In this document: one piece after another, positions 56,880 through 62,124 of the stretch | Position numbering within the stretch: position 1 is the first letter of the stretch | Layout of the letters: each line of letters starts with the position of its first letter | Notes under the pieces: generated by a model | Database searches by the model: none | Told to the model about the DNA's origin: nothing | What the model saw: only the letters and a program-made list of their open reading frames with translations | Program-made: the position numbers and the translations under genes | Assembly (NCBI GenBank): GCA_964599405.1 | Contig: CAZRED010000003.1 | Location: 1-62,124, forward strand | Direction of reading: 5' to 3' | DNA: 62,124 nt | Source: an uncultured Candidatus Saccharibacteria bacterium | GTDB lineage: Bacteria > Patescibacteriota > UBA1384 > 2-12-FULL-50-11

Positions 56880-57752
56880 CTAGAGCTTTTGATTCGCTGC
56901 TTCGAGCTTGCGCTTTTCCGCATCCTTACGGGCAATGCGTTTTTGCTTCTCATTAGCAAGTTCATCCAAGTACCGGGTTAGTCGCCTGGCTTTGTGCGGC
57001 ACCGGAAGTTTCTGGGGGAGGGTCTTACCGGGAAGCGGCAAGGAATCGCTAGGAACAAAGTATGTTCCATACGCCCAGTCCCAAATTGGCAGAAAGAAAA
57101 ATCCGCCGATCGCCTGGTTAATCCTCATGTTTGCGTGATGCATCAAGTGGAAACCGTAAAGCTGGCGAATAAGATGGAACCTCTCCACCCACTTTTTCCA
57201 ATACCGCTCATAGCTTAGATGCATAGCGGCGTGATAGACCTCGTAGAGCACCAGGGAGAAGGTGACGGAGCAGTTACAGCTAATCAGCACTGGCGAACCA
57301 GGGAAAATTATCTGCAACGGCAAGAAGAAAATGACGGTAAAAATCAAGCAAAACAAACCCAATGCGTAGACTGGGAACGTTGCAGACTCGTTTTGATGCG
57401 AGTGCTCAATCTCGTATTCGTTCTTGATTGTTGTAACGTCGGTTAGGTCGTGGTGATGGGTGTGGGTGTCGCACTGCGACCGGAGCCACCGCCAAATCAC
57501 TGTATGGAGTAGGTAGCGGTGGTAGAACCACTCGAACTTGGAAAGAAACAGATGCCCCCCCAAGAACCAGCCAACGTAGTTGTACCAGGCGGAGTGAAAT
57601 TGAACGTCGTATGTGGTTATGCCGACGCCGACACCAGCCGATATGAAACCAGCCTGTGCTGCCAAGAACTGGATAAGGTAGAGAGTGAGGAACTTGCCGT
57701 GCTTAAACCGCGCATTCTCATCTCTGAGTGATAAGAGCTTTTCGATTGACAT
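56880..57752 (-). CDS. fatty acid hydroxylase / sterol desaturase family protein
   Basis: His boxes WFYHRYLLH, HTHHH, YEVYHAAMH, FHLMHH with TM pairs; ATG 57752 preferred. Confidence 0.82.
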   Translation of the reverse strand: MSIEKLLSLRDENARFKHGKFLTLYLIQFLAAQAGFISAGVGVGITTYDVQFHSAWYNYVGWFLGGHLFLSKFEWFYHRYLLHTVIWRWLRSQCDTHTHHHDLTDVTTIKNEYEIEHSHQNESATFPVYALGLFCLIFTVIFFLPLQIIFPGSPVLISCNCSVTFSLVLYEVYHAAMHLSYERYWKKWVERFHLIRQLYGFHLMHHANMRINQAIGGFFFLPIWDWAYGTYFVPSDSLPLPGKTLPQKLPVPHKARRLTRYLDELANEKQKRIARKDAEKRKLEAANQKL

Positions 57753-57860
57753 AGTGAACACCTGTAAATTAAGGTTCAGCCTAACGTAATTATACGTCTT
57801 TTTGATGAAAAAATAATTAAAAGAGAACGGCTCGCCGAGAGGGCGAGCCGCGAAAGGGGG

Positions 57861-58241
57861 TTAGTTGGGGCAGATGGGCGGAAAGTAGTTGACGTTTATC
57901 TCTTCGAAACGAATCAGCGTAATGCCGTCTGAGACGAAGATATCACATTCAAGCACATTAGACCCAGTTTTAGCAGCTATTTTCTGGTTGGCTAAGCAAG
58001 CGAAGTCCCTAAACCACGGATTTACTCCCCTGAACATCACCCGGTGTAGTACCCGAGCGTGTTCTGAATCAGGCAGAAAATCCAGAGTTGTTTGTCTGGC
58101 AAGAGCTTCGTAAGCAAGTTCGTGAAACTCTTCCGGTACAAGCTCTTCCCGGTAGATGTTCCTTGCTTCTTCGAAACTGATCGGAGCGTCGTTGGCGAAT
58201 TTGCCTTGTTGGCGTGACTCTTTGTTATCATCCTGTGACAA
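57861..58241 (-). CDS. hypothetical protein
   Basis: TATAAT and AGGAGG upstream of TTG start; downstream hairpin terminator. Confidence 0.7.
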   Translation of the reverse strand: MSQDDNKESRQQGKFANDAPISFEEARNIYREELVPEEFHELAYEALARQTTLDFLPDSEHARVLHRVMFRGVNPWFRDFACLANQKIAAKTGSNVLECDIFVSDGITLIRFEEINVNYFPPICPN

Positions 58242-58305
58242 TCTATATCCTCCTGTGAAAGTGCGGTTGGTATATTATACTACTCGCATATGACGAAACA
58301 ATGGC

Positions 58306-58548
58306 TTGTGGGACGGTTTTTTTGCTGGCAACGTGGGGGAAATGCATTACTGTGCCTATAGCTTCGCTGATTTGTTTAAAGCGGCCTTCGGCCGTCAGGC
58401 AACGGAAAGGGAAAATACCCAATTTGCCGCGCTAACACAAGATGAGCGCAACGAGCGAGTTAAAGAATTAGCTAAAATCGCTGATTGGCGAACGGAAAAC
58501 GTGACAACCGGCGAGGGAATGTTTGTGGCTTTCTGGCCGGGTTCGTAA
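58306..58548 (+). CDS. hypothetical protein
   Basis: ORF in front of phosphatase-tgt run; start uncertain. Confidence 0.5.
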   Translation: MWDGFFAGNVGEMHYCAYSFADLFKAAFGRQATERENTQFAALTQDERNERVKELAKIADWRTENVTTGEGMFVAFWPGS

Positions 58549-58564
58549 CTGGTAGAATTACTGC

Positions 58565-59095
58565 ATGGACGAAAAACTCCAGACGGTTATTTTCTTTGTC
58601 CGCCATGGCCAAACCGATTTTCCGTACAGTAACGATCCAGCGGTGGACGATATTCGCCGCCTAACCGAAAAAGGGGAGGGCCAGTCGCGAAAAAACGGCG
58701 AGTATCTTTTGGCCTTTCAACCCACCGCAATATATTCCAGCCCATTGCATCGAACGATGGCAACGGCCGAAATTATTAAAGTAGCGGCCGAAATCCCTGG
58801 CGAAATAATAATTGGCAAGGATTTGTATGAAATTTATGATAACGACAGTTTTTATTCGATTGGTAAAAGACTGCCAAAGTTTTTTGAAGGAATAATTGCC
58901 AAACATCCGGGCGAGCAAATTGTCTGTGTATCCCATCAAGACGTAATTGAAACGGTTCTAAAATCATTCGACTCGGCCGATGCCGAAGCGGAGTTTCCTT
59001 GCCAGATGGGGGAGATGTATCGAATGGTGTTTGCCGGAAAAACTTTCGTACAGGCCACCAAACTAGCACCGGCCAATCATGAAATTCACCGTTAA
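58565..59095 (+). CDS. histidine phosphatase family protein
   Basis: FVRHGQT, LTEKG, YSSPLHRTMATA, VSHQ. Confidence 0.9.
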   Translation: MDEKLQTVIFFVRHGQTDFPYSNDPAVDDIRRLTEKGEGQSRKNGEYLLAFQPTAIYSSPLHRTMATAEIIKVAAEIPGEIIIGKDLYEIYDNDSFYSIGKRLPKFFEGIIAKHPGEQIVCVSHQDVIETVLKSFDSADAEAEFPCQMGEMYRMVFAGKTFVQATKLAPANHEIHR

Positions 59096-60206
59096 GAAAT
59101 CGTTGGCAGATAGTTTAGCTCGAATTGGCGAGCTGACAACGCCGCATGGGACAATCCAAACACCGGTATTTATGCCGGTTGGTACTTACGGAGCAGTACG
59201 CGGCATCATGCCCTGGGAGCTGGAGGAATTGGGCTCGGAGATTATTTTGGGCAATACCTATCATCTCCACCTGCGCCCTGGCGAAGATTTAATTGCCAAA
59301 CACGGCGGGTTACAAAAATGGAGCCGGTGGAACAAACCAATTCTGACTGACTCGGGTGGTTACCAAGCCTATTCGCTGGGGTCAACAAAAATGAAAACCG
59401 CCAAAACCACCGACAATGGCGTTTCGTTTCAGTCGCATTTGGACGGAAAAAAATTGCAATTTACACCGGAGAACGTACTAGACATCCAAGCCAAGCTCGG
59501 CGCAGACATAGCTATGGTCCTGGACGACTGCCCACCCATCGAAGCCAGTAAAGAACGAGTTGCCGATGCAGTGAATCGAACAACCGCCTGGGCAAAGAAA
59601 TCTATTTCTCATTGGCAAAAAAATATCTCCATCAGCCGTCCGGCACTGTTTGGCATTATCCAGGGCGGGCTGCATCAAGACTTGCGCGAACTGTCGGCCA
59701 AAGAAATCCAAGCGCTACCATTTGACGGCATTGCCATCGGGGGAGTGGCGATTGAGTCGGAAGGGAAAGATTTGATGAACAAAGCAGTGGATTTCGTAGC
59801 GCCGCTGCTGGATATTGCCCGGCCCCATTATTTAATGGGAGTAGGGGAGCCGGTGGATTTAATCCGGATGATTCACCGGGGAATCGACATGTTCGACTGC
59901 GTCATTCCCACCCGCTACGCCCGCCACGGCTCTTTTTGGCTAACGAAAGATTTTTCTCGCAAAAGTATTGATGCTGCGCAATACACTGACGACGAATCAC
60001 CGCTCGACCCAGACTGTTCCTGCAAAATTTGCCAAACATTTTCCCGCTCGTATCTGCGCCATCTCTATCTAGCTAACGAAATAAATGCTGCCCGAGCGTT
60101 AAGTTATCACAACCTCCACATTCTGCACGAACTGATCCGCCAAATCCGTATTTCGATTGAAGAGGGGACGTTTACCAAAAAGTACGCTCAATATCTGACT
60201 GACTAG
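59079..60206 (+). CDS. tgt: tRNA-guanine transglycosylase
   Basis: TPVFMPVGT, LGNTYHL, LTDSGGYQ, GIIQGG, DMFDCVIPTR, CSCKIC...H zinc site. Confidence 0.97.
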   Translation: MKFTVKKSLADSLARIGELTTPHGTIQTPVFMPVGTYGAVRGIMPWELEELGSEIILGNTYHLHLRPGEDLIAKHGGLQKWSRWNKPILTDSGGYQAYSLGSTKMKTAKTTDNGVSFQSHLDGKKLQFTPENVLDIQAKLGADIAMVLDDCPPIEASKERVADAVNRTTAWAKKSISHWQKNISISRPALFGIIQGGLHQDLRELSAKEIQALPFDGIAIGGVAIESEGKDLMNKAVDFVAPLLDIARPHYLMGVGEPVDLIRMIHRGIDMFDCVIPTRYARHGSFWLTKDFSRKSIDAAQYTDDESPLDPDCSCKICQTFSRSYLRHLYLANEINAARALSYHNLHILHELIRQIRISIEEGTFTKKYAQYLTD

Positions 60207-60241
60207 CTTTCAGTTTTTAAGGTTGGTGGTATACTAAAAAT

Positions 60242-60532
60242 ATGGTTGAGAGGGGACCGCGCTCGGAAGATTTTGGAGGTCCTATTGAATTGCCTGCCGT
60301 TGAAAGCGAGGCGACTCCGGCTGTTGCCGTGCCGGAGCAAACCCAGCCAAATACCACTGCAGAAGTTATTCTGCCCGAGCTACCGGATGAAAAGGCTGCA
60401 CAGTCCATGGTGAGCAAAGTCAACGAACCGACTATCGAAGCTATCGCCAATGGGGCACAAACTACCGACATCGAAGCAACGCAAAAAACGATGAATACTG
60501 TCTTTGAGAGCAATATCGATCATGCTGCTTGA
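60242..60532 (+). CDS. small acidic hypothetical protein
   Basis: E/P/T-rich ORF overlapping next start. Confidence 0.55.
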   Translation: MVERGPRSEDFGGPIELPAVESEATPAVAVPEQTQPNTTAEVILPELPDEKAAQSMVSKVNEPTIEAIANGAQTTDIEATQKTMNTVFESNIDHAA

Positions 60533-62124
60533 AGATATCCCAACCTACGTTCTATATATAATCTTGGGCTTCGTGGTTATTGTCCCGGTGGGATTAATGC
60601 TGTTTGTTCGCTATTTCCAACAAAAAGACGCCGTGACGGATGTTAAAACGTTAGTGTGCTTGGTGGTTTCGATCCCGCGTGAGAGCGCTAAGGCGGCGGC
60701 CGAACAAAATAAAGCCAATGAAGACTTTAAGGATTTAATTTCGCCGATGGAGCAATTTTTTGCTTCCCTGACGACCATTATTCACCAAAAACATTTTATT
60801 GATTGGCTGTTTAGCACCCCGGCGCACGTTAGCTTTGAGATTGCGTCGGTGGGCGGGACAATTCAATTTTCAATAATCTGTCCGAAAAGAATTAAAACCA
60901 TCGTTGAGCGGCAACTGCACAGTTTTTTTCCAACCGCTGATGTTCAGTATGGCACGCCGCCAGCAATTTTTTCCGCCTCCAACCCAGCCGTGGTCGGCGC
61001 CACCATGCAACAAGCCAAGAACTTTATTTTGCCGATTAAAACTTATCGGACAATGGAAACTGACCCTTTGGGCTCGCTAACAACGGCCTTAACTAAGCTA
61101 CCCAACAACGCTGGGGCCAGCATCCAACTACTAATCCGGCCAACCAACGAGTCGTGGCGAACCCATACCCATATCGCCAGCCAACACGTGGCTGAAAACC
61201 GGCTCCATTTAGTTAACCGCTCGACAACTGGGAGGATTGTTGGGAGTATCGCCGAAGCTGTTAAGGCACCACCGGCTCCTGGCACAATCGATCAGAACAA
61301 GCCCCGGCAGTTCACCGCCCAACAAGAAGAGTTAATGCGGGCCTTGCAAGAAAAAGGTGGCAAGACCGGTTTTGAAGCGATTGTCCGAGTGGTCACAACC
61401 GGGCCGACCCGCGCCGAAGCAGAGGCCAACCTGACCGCCTTGATTTCCGCGTTCTCCCAGTTCTACGCCCCGCAGTTCAATTCTTTCAAATATAAAAAAC
61501 TACCGGCCGAGAAAATTAGCCGGGATTATTTATTACGGTTATTTAGTAATGCTTCAAAGATGATTCTAAACGTTGAAGAGCTGAGCAGTATTTTTCACCT
61601 ACCCAACCGTTTGCTCGACACCCCCGGGCTGAAGTGGCAAACGGCTAAAACCCTGCCACCGCCAGCCGATTTACCCAAAACCGGCGTGGTCATTGGTGAG
61701 TCGGTTTTTCGCGGTGCCACCACGTTGGTGCGCCTAAAAGAGGACGACCGCCGTCGCCATATGTTTATGATCGGTAAAACCGGTACCGGTAAAACCACGC
61801 TATTTGAAACGATGATTGAGCAAGATATGCACGAAGGCCGCGGCCTGTGCTTTATTGACCCGCTCGGTGATGCCATTGAAAATTTGCTGGGCAAGGTCCC
61901 GACCCATCGAGCCAAAGACGTAATCCTGTTTGACCCATCAGACACCGCCAGCCCATTGGGGCTAAACTTGTTGGAGTTTAAGCGTCCAGAAGAACGAGAC
62001 TTTTTAATTCAGGAAGTAATTGAAATTTTCTACAAATTGTTTGACCCGAATCGCACCGGCATTGTTGGCCCGCAGTGGGAGCACTGGGCCAGAAACGCGG
62101 CGCTAACCGTGATGGCCCAACCGG
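60522..62124 (+). CDS. TraG/VirD4/VirB4-like membrane-anchored ATPase (partial; runs off window end; not in ORF track)
   Basis: open frame from ATG 60522: N-terminal TM, then DRRRHMFMIGKTGTGKTT Walker A, FIDPLGD, LNLLE. Confidence 0.85.
   Translation, partial: MLLEDIPTYVLYIILGFVVIVPVGLMLFVRYFQQKDAVTDVKTLVCLVVSIPRESAKAAAEQNKANEDFKDLISPMEQFFASLTTIIHQKHFIDWLFSTPAHVSFEIASVGGTIQFSIICPKRIKTIVERQLHSFFPTADVQYGTPPAIFSASNPAVVGATMQQAKNFILPIKTYRTMETDPLGSLTTALTKLPNNAGASIQLLIRPTNESWRTHTHIASQHVAENRLHLVNRSTTGRIVGSIAEAVKAPPAPGTIDQNKPRQFTAQQEELMRALQEKGGKTGFEAIVRVVTTGPTRAEAEANLTALISAFSQFYAPQFNSFKYKKLPAEKISRDYLLRLFSNASKMILNVEELSSIFHLPNRLLDTPGLKWQTAKTLPPPADLPKTGVVIGESVFRGATTLVRLKEDDRRRHMFMIGKTGTGKTTLFETMIEQDMHEGRGLCFIDPLGDAIENLLGKVPTHRAKDVILFDPSDTASPLGLNLLEFKRPEERDFLIQEVIEIFYKLFDPNRTGIVGPQWEHWARNAALTVMAQP

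Overview
Core-genome segment of a small-genome bacterium; gene content and architecture point to Patescibacteria/CPR (inference). Standard code 11 (TGA terminates genes; tRNA-Trp CCA). Order: dcw cluster (murF-mraY-murD-ftsW-murG-murC-murB-like-ftsQ-like), recJ, radA, class A PBP, tyrS, a solo pilin, argS, tRNA-Pro, rpmB, holB, tRNA-Thr/Tyr/Thr-rpmG-tRNA-Trp, a type IV pilus cluster, rnhA-rodA-rplU-secE-nusG-rplK, dprA-topA-recR, cysS, an accessory island (44.6-49.5 kb), prfB-ybaB-pth-rplA, rplJ-rplL, a second accessory region (54.3-58.3 kb), a histidine phosphatase, tgt and a truncated TraG/VirB4-like ATPase. No integrase, transposase, reverse transcriptase, cas gene or CRISPR array is recognisable. 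The most unusual signals are non-coding: (1) a cassette-like array whose small genes, including an orphan purS, are each preceded by a conserved covarying CCAAC...TTGG hairpin module; (2) a family of loop-less TATG(T/G)GTTTAAAC(A/C)CATA palindromes separating self-contained promoter-gene-terminator units; (3) repeated duplication of gene 3' ends (three tRNAs, plus synonymously recoded copies for argS and mraY); (4) a dispersed inverted-repeat element upstream of cysS and prfB. All product calls come from motif recognition by eye; no database search or folding program was run.
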